A stretch of DNA of 64,000 bases from Eledone cirrhosa (Eukaryota). A model generated the notes under the pieces. It was not told the origin of the DNA. It searched no databases and was given only the letters and a program-made list of their open reading frames with translations. Each line of letters starts with the position of its first letter. Positions within the stretch are counted from its first letter, which is position 1. The stretch is from contig OZ024754.1 of NCBI GenBank assembly GCA_964016885.1, positions 28,644,001 to 28,708,000 on the forward strand, given 5' to 3'. Both the position numbers and the translations under genes were made by a program. This document shows positions 41,819-54,916 of the stretch, one piece after another.

Positions 41819-44800
41819 ATGAGCAACACATCATTACCAGCGTATTATGGCGATGCCAAATTGTGGCTCACTCAGCTCAATGCGTATTTTGCGGTCAACA
41901 GAGTACAGGAAAAACAGCAAAAATTAAACGTGCTAATCAGTGGAATTCCCGCTTTGCTAGCAATTACAGTAAAATACATAATCACGGACCCTCCCCAAGG
42001 CGTTTCCTACAAATCTCTGAAGATAGAGGTACTGCGTAGGAACAGTAGGCCGTCTGAGAGTAGATTTCGTTCCTTATTAGAGGATGAAAATCTGGGGGGA
42101 CAGAACTCCTACAGAGTTTTTACGGCATATCCGCGAACTCAGTGATGCTGCGCCCGAAGACAGTTCCTTCGTAAAAAAGTTATTCTTCTCCTGTTTGCCA
42201 ACCAATGTGCAAACCATATTGGCGAATATGGTTGACACTAGTTCAATAGAACAAATTGCTGCCTCTGCGGACAGAATTATGGAATTTTGTAGAGAACTTA
42301 CCTCGGCTGATTCGGTCATTGCCTCTTCTAATTTAAAAACCCAGCCTGCTTCACCTCATGAGGACTCAATGTTGAGAGCCATTGACGTGTTAACTAGGCA
42401 AGTAGCTAAACTGTGTAGGGATCGAAGGCCATCTAGGCGGCATTCATGAAGTTGGTCTTTTTCTTCTCATGGACGTACCAACTCCCCCGCCAACAGTTCT
42501 TCTTTGTGTTGGTACCATGCGCGTTTCAGTGATAAGGCACAACATTGTATCAAGCCCTGCTCTTTTGGGGCATCGAAAAAACTAAGTTTGGAGAGTATGA
42601 GCACGGCAGATCTCTCCCTTAACACTTCACCTTATCGTGCTTTCTTCATCAGAGACCAAGTTTCAAACAAATCATTTATGGTGGACATAGGATCTAGTTG
42701 CAGTATTTGGCTCTTGCGGTTCAACTCTACCAAGCCAACTCTTTCCGGCATTTCTTTGTATGCAGTAAACCAGTCTCCTATAAAAACTGATGCACAGATA
42801 TCTTTATCATTGGACCTACCTTTGCGTCGAGATTTTAAATGGAATTTTGTCATTGCCGACCTACCTCATCCTATTCTCAGTGCGGATTTCTTACAGCACT
42901 ATTCACTTTTGGTAGAGGTCAGGAACCAGAAACTTGTGGATAGTACCACATCCTTATCTACGCTTACTCGTAAATCTACCGCTGCTGCTGTTAGTCCGTC
43001 ATTTTTTGTGGCTGCCGCTGGAAACCAGTTTCATGAACTCCTTACTTCGTTTCCCGAGTTAACGGGTATTTCATTTAAACCTACCCAGGCAGCCCACTCG
43101 ACTCAACACTTTGTTACAACAACTGGTCCACCTGTTTTCTCTTGTCCACGAAGGTTGGCTCCGGATAGACTAAAAATAGCACGAAACGAGTTCGAGCACA
43201 TGCTCCAGCTTGGTCTTATATGACTGTCCACCAGCCCATGGGCATCTGCACTGCACTTGGCTCGAAAAGGTGATGCAGATTTTAGACCGATAGGAGATTA
43301 CCGAAGACTTAATGCTATCACTACACCGGATCGTTATCCTTTACCAAATTTACAGGATTTTTCATCCGTTCTGCATGGATGTACAATATTTTCTAAAATA
43401 GATCTGGTACGGGCTTACCATCAAATACCCATGAATCCAGAGGTTATACCAAAAACAGCTGTGACCACCCCTTTGGTTCATTTGAATTCCTGCCCATGCC
43501 TTTTGGCTTGCGGAATGCCTCTAGCACGTTCCAACGTTTTATCGATGAAGTCATGCGTGGATTGGATTTCGTGTTTGCTTATGTGGATGATCTCCTAATA
43601 GCCAGCGACACAGCTGAACATCATCAGCAACATCTATCTCAGTTATTCCAACGTCTTCAATCATACCAGGTCAGAATCAACCCAGCTAAATGTGTGTTTG
43701 GTACAGCTTCACTGGAATTCCTAGGACATCTTATAGGTTCAGAAGGCATTCGACCTCTGCCATCTAAGGTGGAAGCGATTCAGTGAATCGCACCCCCCAC
43801 CTCATTGAGACAGTTACGTCATTTCTTAGGATTAATCAACTTTTATCGTTGTTTCATTCCTAACTGTGCGGACAAGTTGTTTCGCTTGACACAGTTTTTA
43901 AAGGCTGTGAAAAAGAAAGATGTTCCCATTTTACTTTCTGCCGATGATTTGCAATCTTTTGAATTCGTCAAATCCAAAATAGCTAAAGTTTCCATATTGG
44001 CTCATCCTTTTGCGAACGTGAGGCTATCCTTAACTGTCGATGCATCCGACCATGCTGTCGGAGCAGTTTTGCAACTTACAATCAACCACCAGTTTCAACC
44101 ACTGGCGTTTTTCTCACACCAACTAAAACCAGCAGAGCAACGTTACAGTACTTTTGACAGAGAAGTTTTAGCAGTTTATCTTGCTGTGAGACACTTCCAC
44201 CATCTTCTTGAAGGTCGGGAGTTCACGGTATTCACAGACCATAAACCACTCACATTCGCATAGCTGCCACAGTGAAGCGCATCACGGCTCAATTTTTCTG
44301 GCCTAACATGCGTCGTTTAATCACTGGTTGGGCACGTTCTTATTTGCAGTGTCAGCGCTCCAAGGTTCATCGGCATGTTCACGCTCCTCTTGGTAAATTC
44401 AGCCCGCCGGACGCTCGTTTCCATCACATTCACATGGATATTGTTGGTCCATGGCCCGTTAGTCGTGGGTTGACATATATATTGACCTGTATCGATCGTT
44501 TCTCTCGGTGGCCTGAAGCCATACCCCTAGTGGACATAACAGCAAAGTCCGTTGCCCGAACTTTCATTTCCAATTGGATTGCTCACTTTGGTGTTCCTTC
44601 TAAAATAACCACGGATTGAGGACACCAGTTCGAGGCCACCTCATTTCATGAAATATCACGACTTTTGGGTGCTCATCACATTCATACGACCAGCTATCAC
44701 CCAGCCTCCAATGGAATGGTGGAGAGGTTTCACAGACAGTTGAAAGCTGCACTTCGCGCTACTCCTGATCCACAACATTGGACCGAATTTTTGCCAATCG

Positions 44801-45334
44801 TGCTTCTTGGTTGTCGTTCTGCCGTTAAGACAGATTTGGGTTTCTCCTCAGCTGAACTTCTTTACGGTACCACCTTGACTCTTCCCGGTCAAATGCATCC
44901 TGGTTGATTCATTGCATCTTGATCCAACATCATATTTCTCCAGGATTCGTTCTTCCTTCTCGGATCTTCCACCAATGAACCCTCGTGACCAGTCTATTTC
45001 TTCTGCTGTTCCATCGGACATCTGTACGTGGACACACATTTTTATACGGAATGATTCCGTCAAGGGACTGCTTACGTCACCCTATAATGGACCTTTTTGT
45101 GTGCATTCCCACACACCAAAACATTTCACAGTGGCTGTCAATGCTCGAAAAGAGACAATATACATTGACAGAGCAAAGAGGGCTTTTGCCGAAAGTCTCA
45201 TTACATTGCCTGACATACCTCATACATTCACTTCCACACCAATACCTTCACCTCCACCACAAACACCACATGGCACACGAAGTGGCAGAACAGTTAAATG
45301 GCCGAGTAAATTGTCCAAAACTATATACATTTAA
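41819..45334 (+). pseudogene. Gypsy gag-pol, broken by stops and frameshifts
   Basis: gag (LGDRTPTEFLRHIREL; CWYHARF..A..CIKPC), protease (VDIG), RT ([18 protein letters not shown]), RNase H (VDASD, TDHKPL), integrase (HMDIVGP, SNGMVERFHRQLK, PYNGPF). Confidence 0.95.
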
Positions 45335-45461
45335 CCCCTGGTGGCATCAACAACTCTTCTCAGGTTCATATAGAATTAGTCTGTACACTGGTGATGTATG
45401 AACTATTTGATTTTTGAAGAAACTTTGAACTAACCATTGAGCATTAATTTTTCTCTGCTCC

Positions 45462-45598
45462 AGCATAGTTACGTCCCTTTACGATCTGAGTTCAAATCTC
45501 GCCGAGGTTGACTTTGCCTTTCATCCTTACGGGGTCGATAAAATAAAGTACCAGTAATGCACTGGGTAATTGCTGGCCTTGTGCCTAAAGTAGAAACA
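45462..45598 (+). mobile_element. SINE family A inserted in the Gypsy 3' region with 19-bp TSD
   Basis: ATTAATTTTTCTCTGCTCC at 45443-45461 and 45599-45617. Confidence 0.92.
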
Positions 45599-45997
45599 AT
45601 TAATTTTTCTCTGCTCCTTTATATTGCCTTTGAATTATCAGTTTTGTGACATTTACATTTTTTCTGCATCATCCTTGTGCAGTAAAAAAATTTATTCTTT
45701 GTAAAATGCATTTACATGCTTGTACATTTGCTTTGCTCCTCATTTCTTAGGGGTTCTCGCTACAATGACCTTCGGTTGGTTATTCGACTTCTCGTCTGAG
45801 ACGGGAGTCTTGTAGCGCTCTCTAGACAAAGGGAAGTAGCTAGAGTTACTTCCCCTAGATTTTCTAGAGTATTCCTTGAACTTCCATTCTAGGAATTATA
45901 AAGGAGGGAGCAAAGAGCAATCTTCATCTCTTTGACAACAGGCTCTTGAACTGTTCACACACGAGCCCAAAAACACAAAAGTTGTTCTATATCTGTT

Positions 45998-46178
45998 CAT
46001 CATCATCATCATCATTTTACGTTCGCTTTTCCCTGCTTGCAAGGGTGGGACGGGTCTTACTCAGCACAGCATCTCTCCACTTGTCACGGTCCTTCGTCAT
46101 CTCCACCGTGAGCATCAGCGATCTGAGGTCTGTTCTCACCACCTCCGCCCATGTTTTTCGTGGTCTACCTCTACCACG
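45998..46178 (-). mobile_element. RTE 3' fragment inserted in the Gypsy 3' LTR
   Basis: It interrupts LTR sequence that is contiguous in the 5' LTR (CTATATCTGTT|ATCTAATT) and is near-identical to 22148-22333. Confidence 0.92.
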
Positions 46179-47766
46179 TCTGATATCTAATTAAATTAGT
46201 TGTTGGCATGCAGTGGTATTTACTGAAGTAAATAACCCTGTGACCAACTCACTAAAAATTAATTCTTTCATTATGAGTATAAGTTTTACATAAATATATA
46301 AGTATGTACACTATAAAAATGAACATGCTTCAATCATAAAACCAATTGTTAGTTCAGGTGCAATCAGCATAATTTATATTTGTAATATCAAGTTTTTCAT
46401 TCTATTGAAGTGATTTTAAAAAAACAACTCATTTGATCCATTTTACAGCTTGAAATATTTTTGCATTGCAAAGCAAACTCTGATAATATCTGTATTTTCA
46501 GTAACTCATTAATATTCTTCAGATATAAGTATTCTGTCATAAATATTCTTCAGATATATGTATTATGTCATATGTTTTGAAAGGAAACACATGATAAGCA
46601 TGATACTATCTGTGAACAGAAAATTTATTCATCTTTAGAATTTACAGCTACCCTTGCATAGTTGATTTAATCTCTAAATATGTCAGAAATGAGTTGTTGT
46701 TAAGATGAAGATTATGAAGTTTTTAAGCTATTAACCCCAGCTTGACAGATGGAAACAGGTTTTTTGTTTATTTTTAAATATTTACATTTACACTATCATT
46801 TCAATAAATTTGATCACTAACCATCATCAGGTGTATCATTGTATACATTTCTACAGATGAGGCTATTGACTTGAAAGATTATAATTTTAATCTTCCACAT
46901 TGCTTACTTTTTTTTATGAAACATCATTGCTCGTCAGTGTTTAGTTGGTGCCTCCCACCTAAAAACAGAAAGTGCCATTCATAGATCATATATATTTATT
47001 TATCTTTTCACATGCAATATCATGTAATATGCTCATGTCTTCAGTATCATATGTGTAAAATCCACAAAAGTAAGAACCCTGACTATCATTAATGTAGTTT
47101 TATTGTTGATAGATAACTGAATATATTGTATTTTATCAACACAACCATCCTTCAGTATATGGCAAATCAGTTATCATCATCGTTTAATGTCTATTTTCCA
47201 CGCTAGCATGGGTTAAGCAGGTTCTCCTGTTTGAGGAAAGTATTGGAAAATAAACTATGTTAGTGAGTTGGAAATTTTTCAGCAAATATCAATGGAAGTG
47301 TTTGCAAGTTAACCAGTTCCAATTGTATGGTTTAAAATTGCAAAAGGCTGTAATAGAATGTTTTACTTTTCTGAGGCAATGAAGTATAGCATTTAACAAT
47401 CTGATTACTGAATCAATGACATAACTGACTAATAATGAAAGCAAAGTGAAACTTAATATTGTGATTGTTTTATATATATACATGTATATGTATATATATA
47501 TATGTATGTATATATATATATATGTATATGTATATATGTATATGTATATGTATAGGTATATATGTATATGTATATATGTATATGTATATATATATGTATA
47601 TATATATGTATATGTATATATATATGTATATATATATGTATATATATATGTATATGTATATATATATATGTATGTATATATATATATGTATGTATATATA
47701 TATATGTATATATATATATATGTATGTCTATGTATATATATATATATGTATGTCTATGTCTATATG

Positions 47767-47853
<87 letters not shown>

Positions 47854-47952
47854 GTATATATATATGTATATATATATGTATATATATATGTATATATATA
47901 TGTATATGTATATGTATATATGTATATATATGTATATGTATATATATATATG

Positions 47953-47983
<31 letters not shown>

Positions 47984-48026
47984 GTATATGTATATATATA
48001 TGTATATATATATATGTATATATATC

Positions 48027-48360
48027 CCCGTCCCACCACCACCACCCCATCCACACCGCCCCCTTCTATGTAAAGTTATGTTGGTGCCACAACATCCAGG
48101 CCGAAACAAATGAGATCGTGTAGGTGTCACGACAAAAAAACACACAGTCCACGCTGTAATGTGGCCGTGTAGGCAACACAGTAAAAACCTCCCAGACCCA
48201 CACTGTAAATGTGGTTGGTGTTAGTAAGGGCATCCAACTGTAGAAAACCTGCCAGACAGTCCTATGCGAGCAAGACAACCACTCTTGCCTCAAGTGGGAA
48301 AACCCCCGTCCAAACCCATGCAAGCATGGAACACGGACGTTAAACGTTGATGATGATGAT
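48027..48360 (+). mobile_element. RTE LINE 3'UTR fragment (diverged subfamily)
   Basis: Similar to 53600-53865 (GGTTGGTGTTAG.AAGGGCATCCA.CTGTAGAAA; CCCATGC.AGC.TGGAA..CGGACGT) with an (ATG)n tail. Confidence 0.8.
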
Positions 48361-48921
48361 GTATATGTATATATATGTATATGTATATATATGTATATGT
48401 ATGTATATGTATATATATGTATATGTATGTATATGTATATATATATATATGTATATATATATATGTATATGATTATATGTGTATATGTATATATATATAT
48501 ATATGTATATGATTATATGTGTATATGATTATATGTGTATATGTATATATATGTGTATATGTATATATATATGTATATGTATATATATATATGAATATGT
48601 ATATATATATGTATATATGTATATATATATGTATATATATATGTGTCTATGTATGTATATGTATATATATGTATATGTCTATGTATGTATATATATGTAT
48701 ATGTATGTGTATATATGTATGTATATATATGTATATGTATGTGTATATATGTATGTATATGTATATGCATGTATACATGTCTATGTATGTATATGTATAT
48801 ATATGTATATTTATATATATTTAAATATATGTATATATATTCATGTATATACATGTATATGTATATACATGTATATGTATATACATGTATATATATGTAT
48901 ATATATATATATGTATATATG

Positions 48922-48990
<69 letters not shown>

Positions 48991-49021
48991 ATATATATAT
49001 TTATATATATTTATATATATG

Positions 49022-49075
<54 letters not shown>

Positions 49076-49107
49076 TGTATATATATGTATATATATGTAT
49101 ATATATG

Positions 49108-49142
<35 letters not shown>

Positions 49143-49266
49143 TTATGCATATGTATATACATATATATGTATATATATATATATTTATGTATATGTATAT
49201 ATACGAATATATATATATATATATACGATATTAAACAAATGGAAACTATATTTATAAAACCATATT

Positions 49267-49332
49267 TATTTCATTATACATATTTCAGGGATACCATATT
49301 AAAAATATGGCATGCCTTCGTCAGATAAAATA
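49267..49332 (-). ncRNA. Hammerhead ribozyme (family A) in a solo terminal repeat (49225-49390) inside (TA)n
   Basis: Minus strand: UAUUUUAU-CUGACGA-AGGcAUGCCAUAUUuuuAAUAUGGUAUcCCU-GAAA-UAUGUA-UA-AUGAAAUA. Confidence 0.8.
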
Positions 49333-49571
49333 CAATATATAAACTGTTTTATAAATAATTTTGACGTACCATAAATATAAGCGACCATTAGTATATATAT
49401 GTATATATATATATTTATGTATATGTATATACACGAATATATATATATATGTATATATATATGTATTTATGTATATGTATATATATGCATATATATATAT
49501 ATATATATGAATATATATATATGTATTTATATATATATATGAATATATATGTATATATATATATATAAATA

Positions 49572-49618
<47 letters not shown>

Positions 49619-49714
49619 AGTAATAATAATAATGTTATTTTAATAAATATATATATATATGTATATATATATATGTGTATATATATTGTATATATATATA
49701 CATATATATATATT

Positions 49715-49745
<31 letters not shown>

Positions 49746-49750
49746 GTATA

Positions 49751-49785
<35 letters not shown>

Positions 49786-49790
49786 GTGTG

Positions 49791-49820
<30 letters not shown>

Positions 49821-49821
<1 letters not shown>

Positions 49822-50109
49822 TCTCAGACCGGGTGATGTGTTGTTTCCTTGAGCAAGACACTTTATTTCACATTGCTCCAGTTTACTCAGCTGTAGAAAT
49901 GAGATGATAGGGACTGGGGTCCATATCACTCCACTGCAAAGTGGTCGTGGAGGTGCCACAGCAAAAAAGCACCCAGCACTCACTGTAAATGAGGTTGGTG
50001 TTAGGAAGGGCATCCAGCTGTAGAAATCAAGCCAGAATCAGTTCCCGTCCCACCCTTGCAAGCAGGGAAAAAGTGGACGTAAAATGAAATGATGATGAAT
50101 GATGATGAA

Positions 50110-50115
<6 letters not shown>
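49821..50115 (+). mobile_element. SINE family B, 5'-truncated
   Basis: Near-identical to 36118-36398. Confidence 0.9.
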
Positions 50116-50154
<39 letters not shown>

Positions 50155-50231
50155 ATATATGTATATATATATGTATATATATATGTATATATATATATAT
50201 ATGTATATATATGTATATATATATGTATATA

Positions 50232-50272
<41 letters not shown>

Positions 50273-50589
50273 GTATATATATGTATATATATATATATGT
50301 ATGTATATATATATATGTATATATATATATGTATGTATATATATATATGTATATATATATATGTATATATATATATGTATGTATATATATATATGTATAT
50401 ATATATATGTATGTATATATATATATGTATATATATGTATGTATATATATATATATGTATATATATATATGTATGTATATATATGAATATGTATATGTAT
50501 ATATATATGTATATATATATGTATATATATGTATATGTATATATATATATATGTATATATATGTATATATATATATGTATATGTATATG

Positions 50590-50642
<53 letters not shown>

Positions 50643-50656
50643 GTATGTATATGTAT

Positions 50657-50690
<34 letters not shown>

Positions 50691-50799
50691 GTATATATAT
50701 GTATATGTATATGTATATATATATGTATATATATGTATATATATGTATATGTATATGTATATATAATATATGTATATATATATAATATATGTATATGTA

Positions 50800-51757
50800 T
50801 CTGTTAGACACGCAGTTACTGACAACAGAATGTTTTAAGTCTGCATGTCTGACACACATGCGTAGCTTGTGAATAAAAATTTCAAGGGGTAACGCTGGCC
50901 GTAGTGATTCCTCCCAATCCCAAACATCTTTTGTAATGTATCATCTTATTGGCTAATTTCATCGTCTTATTGGCTAATCAACCAACAAGAATAATTGTTG
51001 CTCAAAAGCATCTGCCACTTTGTTTCCATGTTTATTTATCGTTTCGCTTTCGATCTTCCTCCAGTATTTCATCGTTTATCATCAAAATATTTTTCTCATT
51101 TTGGTAAGTTATATTGTCAACTTATATATGATTTTTTAAATTTATATTAACTATTAAAAGTCTGAAAATATTTTTATACATCTTACAATAATATAAGATC
51201 ATTTATAAAATAACAATTATATAATCTAATTACATTACAACGATAATTTATTATTAATATATATCATGTTTAACTAGAGTTATTACAAGCGTTGCCTTAA
51301 GAAAATATTAAACTAGACCTGAAAAATGTGCAAGCTCAAAAGAGCCACAGAATGTTATTCTAAACCTTGAAAAGTGTGGGACTAGAGTTGTTGCTCAAAA
51401 ATATTGTAATCATTATCTATCGTACACTCTGTGGCATCCTTTTATAAAATAGAGGCTCATAACAAACTCAAGACGACATGATAATTATTTAAGTGAATTT
51501 ATAATATAGAATTCGGTTTAAGTGCATTTCGTATTAATCATTACTAAACATCTAATATGAGATATTGAACATTAGCTTAAATAATTATCATGTCGTCTTG
51601 AGTTCGTTATGAGTCTCTTTTTTTATAAAAGGATGTCACAGAGTGTAAGATAGATAATGATTACAATATTTTTGAGCAACAACTCTAGTCCGACACTTTT
51701 GAAGGTTTATTATAACATTCTGTGGCTCTTTTGAGCTTGCGCATTTTGTAGGTCTAG
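50800..51757 (+). mobile_element. Helitron-like element (TC...CTAG in (TA)n) whose distal part is a ~180-bp inverted repeat (51312-51493 / 51576-51758)
   Basis: Starts TC after A and ends GCTCTTTTGAGC hairpin...CTAG before T. The inverted arms were read directly. Confidence 0.6.
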
Positions 51758-51903
51758 TATATATATATATAGATATGTATATATATATATATGTATATAA
51801 ATATGTATATGTATATATATATGTATGTATATAAATATATGTATTTGTATATATATGTATATAAATATATGTATTTGTATATATATATGTATATATGTAT
51901 ATG

Positions 51904-52079
51904 TAGCCCGGTTGAGAAAGGAGGAAGGTTGGGGCATGGGGTTAGCAGCCCTACCCCTGTAAAAAACTTTTCACCGCTACAGAAACGACGAGAAAAAAAC
52001 ATTTTGATACCCAGCGGAAGAGGAAGCTCTTCGCCCAATGTTCCACAAGGGACTGGAGGAACTAAGACTAAGACTAAGA
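51904..52079 (+). mobile_element. Short non-autonomous retroelement (bipartite RTE-like/SINE tail) ending (CTAAGA)3
   Basis: GGTTGGGGCATGGGGTTAGCAGCCCTACCCCTGTAAAAAAC resembles RTE 5'UTR-type sequence and GCCCAATGTTCCACAAGGGACTGGAGGAACTAAG resembles an RTE 3' end. Both assignments are from memory. Confidence 0.5.
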
Positions 52080-52091
52080 TATATATATATG

Positions 52092-52123
<32 letters not shown>

Positions 52124-52124
52124 T

Positions 52125-53564
52125 AGAGGAAACTATAGAGGTATAAAGTTGATGGACCAGGTCATGAAAGTAACAGAAAGAGTTATAGCACAGCTGATTA
52201 GGGACCGGGTGAATATAGACGAGATGCAATTTGGGTTTGTACCAGGGAAAGGCACCACTGATGCGCTCTTCCTTGTGAGGCAATTACAGGAAAAGTACCT
52301 AGCTAAAAGTAAGCCACTCTACTTGGCATTTGTCGACCTTGAGAAAGCCTTTGACAGAGTTCCACGTGCAGTAATCTGGTGGGCTCTTAGAAAACTAGGA
52401 GTAGATGAATGGCTTGTGAAAGCGGTACAAGCCATGTATAGGGGAGCAGTCAGCAAAGTTAGGATTGGCAATGAGTATAGCGAGGAATTTAGCGTACAGG
52501 TTGGGGTCCACCAGGGCTCTGTTCTTAGCCCTCTCCTGTTCATCATAGTCCTGCAGGCAATAACGGAGGAGTTTAAGACCGGATGCCCATGGGAACTCCT
52601 GTATGCTGATGACCTCGCACTCATAGCTGAATCTATGGTAGAACTAGAGAATAAATTCCAAACCTGGAAGCAGGGACTAGAGAGAAAAGGCCTCAAAGTC
52701 AACATGACAAAGACTAAGGTCCTTATAAGTAGACGAGAAAACAGAACCCAGATCCCCTCAGGGAAATGGCCTTGCTCAGTATGTAGGAAAGGTGTAGGTA
52801 GGAACTCCATTCTTTGCCCCAAATGCAAACAATGGGTACACAAGAGATGTAGCGGGATCTCAGGAAGCTTAATTAAGAATGTAGGATTCACATGCAGCAG
52901 CTGTGCTGAAACAGCAAGCAAACAGCCTCAGGAAACAAGTACCACCAATCTCTGGGAGGGCCCTGTAGAAACAGTAGACAGCTTCTGCTACCTAGGTGAC
53001 CGAATTAGCAACGGAGGTGGGTGCTCAGAAAGTACAATAACTAGGGTAAGAACGGGATGGAAGAAGTTTAGGGAACTACTACCACTGCTAGCTGCAAAAG
53101 GCTTCTCCCTCAGAATGAAAGGCAGACTGTATGATGCGTGTATCCGAACAGCGATGTTGCATGGTAGTGAGACCTGGGCGCTGAAGGTGGAAGACCTACG
53201 TAGATTAGAGAGAAACGAAGCCTGCATGCTCCGATGGATGTGTAACAGTAATATACGTGAACGACAAAGCATAAATGAATTGAGAGAGAGACTGAGCATA
53301 AGAGGAATCAAATGCTGCGTGCAGGAGAGGCGGTTACGCTGGTATGGACATGTGATGCGTATGAAGGATGACAGCTGCATAAAAAGGTGCAGAGCACTAG
53401 AAGTTGATGGAAACCGCGGAGTGGGGAGACCCAAGATGACTTGGGATGAGGTGATAAAAGCCGACCTTACCCAACTACACCTCTCAAAGTCAATGACACA
53501 CGACCGTGACTTCTGGCGTCACGCAGTAATACAGGGTACCCGACCTCCCATGGGTACATGCTGA
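52125..53564 (+). CDS. Non-LTR reverse transcriptase (partial) with embedded PHD finger
   Basis: [50 protein letters not shown] finger CSVC..CPKC.QWVHKRC..CSSC at 52773-52904. Confidence 0.95.
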   Translation, partial: RGNYRGIKLMDQVMKVTERVIAQLIRDRVNIDEMQFGFVPGKGTTDALFLVRQLQEKYLAKSKPLYLAFVDLEKAFDRVPRAVIWWALRKLGVDEWLVKAVQAMYRGAVSKVRIGNEYSEEFSVQVGVHQGSVLSPLLFIIVLQAITEEFKTGCPWELLYADDLALIAESMVELENKFQTWKQGLERKGLKVNMTKTKVLISRRENRTQIPSGKWPCSVCRKGVGRNSILCPKCKQWVHKRCSGISGSLIKNVGFTCSSCAETASKQPQETSTTNLWEGPVETVDSFCYLGDRISNGGGCSESTITRVRTGWKKFRELLPLLAAKGFSLRMKGRLYDACIRTAMLHGSETWALKVEDLRRLERNEACMLRWMCNSNIRERQSINELRERLSIRGIKCCVQERRLRWYGHVMRMKDDSCIKRCRALEVDGNRGVGRPKMTWDEVIKADLTQLHLSKSMTHDRDFWRHAVIQGTRPPMGTC

Positions 53565-53865
53565 AGCATATAAACAATATGCCCCCCCCCCCCACCGCAA
53601 GGTGGTCGTGGAGGTGCCACGGCAAAAAAGCACCCAGCCCACACTGTAAAGTGGACGTGTAGGCGCCACGAAAAAGCACCCAGCACTCACTGTAAATGAG
53701 GTTGGTGTTAGGAAGGGCATCCAGCTGTAGAAATCAAGCCAGATCAGTTCCTGTATGAGCAAGGCATGGTCAGCCGACCAGACACTGCCCACAACAGGAC
53801 AACCCGTCTAACCCATGCTAGCGTGGAAGAACGGACGTAAAACGGTGATGATGATGATGATGATG
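52125..53865 (+). mobile_element. 5'-truncated RTE-type LINE in (TA)n, with 3'UTR and (ATG)n tail
   Basis: Intact RT-to-stop frame, 3'UTR shared with SINE B, tail ACGTAAAACGGTGATGATGATG. Confidence 0.95.
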
Positions 53866-53898
53866 ATATATATATATATATATATATATACGTATATA

Positions 53899-53943
<45 letters not shown>

Positions 53944-53950
53944 GTATATA

Positions 53951-53982
<32 letters not shown>

Positions 53983-53990
53983 CGTATATA

Positions 53991-54022
<32 letters not shown>

Positions 54023-54206
54023 CGTATATATGCATATATGTATATATATATATGTATATATATATGTGTGTATATATATATATGTATATATCTATATGTA
54101 TATAAATGCATGTATATATGTGTATATATATGTATATTATATGTATATATATGTATATGTATATATATGTATATTATATGTATATATATGTGTATATATA
54201 TATGTG

Positions 54207-54237
<31 letters not shown>

Positions 54238-54392
54238 GTATATATATATATGTATATATGTATATGTATATATATGTATATTATATGTATATATATGTAT
54301 ATTATATGTATATATATGTATATATGTATCATCGGCATCATCATCAGATGTATATATATATCTATATATATTTATATGTGTATATATATGTA

Positions 54393-54916
54393 CAGTAACC
54401 CCCTGTTTTTCGCGGTGGATACATTCCAGAACCAATCACGATAAATGAAAATCCCGATATAGAGAGACCATAAAGACAACCATTGTTTTCATTATTTTAG
54501 CCTTAAAATACCTCCCCTACATGCTTTAACATTAAAACACACATTTTTATTTAGACACGAAAAGCAGTCAGTAACAATCATACCACTAGTTACCGATGAC
54601 TACCATTACCAGCCATGTTAGCCACTTGATAATACACTCCACATCTCCCATCAATCTATGAAGGATTTATAGTAGATTAGAGAAAAACACAATCAGTAAA
54701 TCAGAAATGGAATGAAAAATAAAAACATGCCCCTTCCTTACGCTATCCACTTCAATCATATCGAAACTTATTTAATAAGTTTAAATTTAAACACTTTTTA
54801 TTCAGACGTACGTACTGCGATAAGGAAATAGGTATTTTCAAATGAAAAATCTGCGATGTAGGAAATTAGATATGTTCCAAAGACAAATCTGCGATGTAAT
54901 GGAACCGCGATTACTG
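54393..54916. mobile_element. Tigger/pogo-like MITE
   Basis: TA|CAGTAACCCCCTGTTTTTCGCGGT...ACCGCGA(deletion)TTACTG|TA. Confidence 0.7.

Larger units (their letters stand above)
41448..46256 (+). mobile_element. Decayed full-length Ty3/Gypsy LTR retrotransposon (5' LTR 41448-41699, 3' LTR 45811-46256)
   Basis: Two ~250-bp direct LTRs starting TGTAGC; PBS TGGTGACCC at 41701; purine tract GAGACGGGAG before the 3' LTR; probable 4-bp TSD AACT/AATT; domain order gag-PR-RT-RH-IN. Confidence 0.95.
47470..50799. repeat. Compound (TA)n/(TATG)n microsatellite block with embedded insertions
   Basis: Direct reading. Interrupted by an RTE 3'UTR piece (48027-48360), a hammerhead repeat (49225-49390) and a SINE B (49821-50115). 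Confidence 0.95.

Noticed and set aside
52038-52124. N-terminal extension of the 508-aa RT ORF
   Set aside because: It comes from an adjacent short element and (TA)n; the LINE is 5'-truncated at ~52125.
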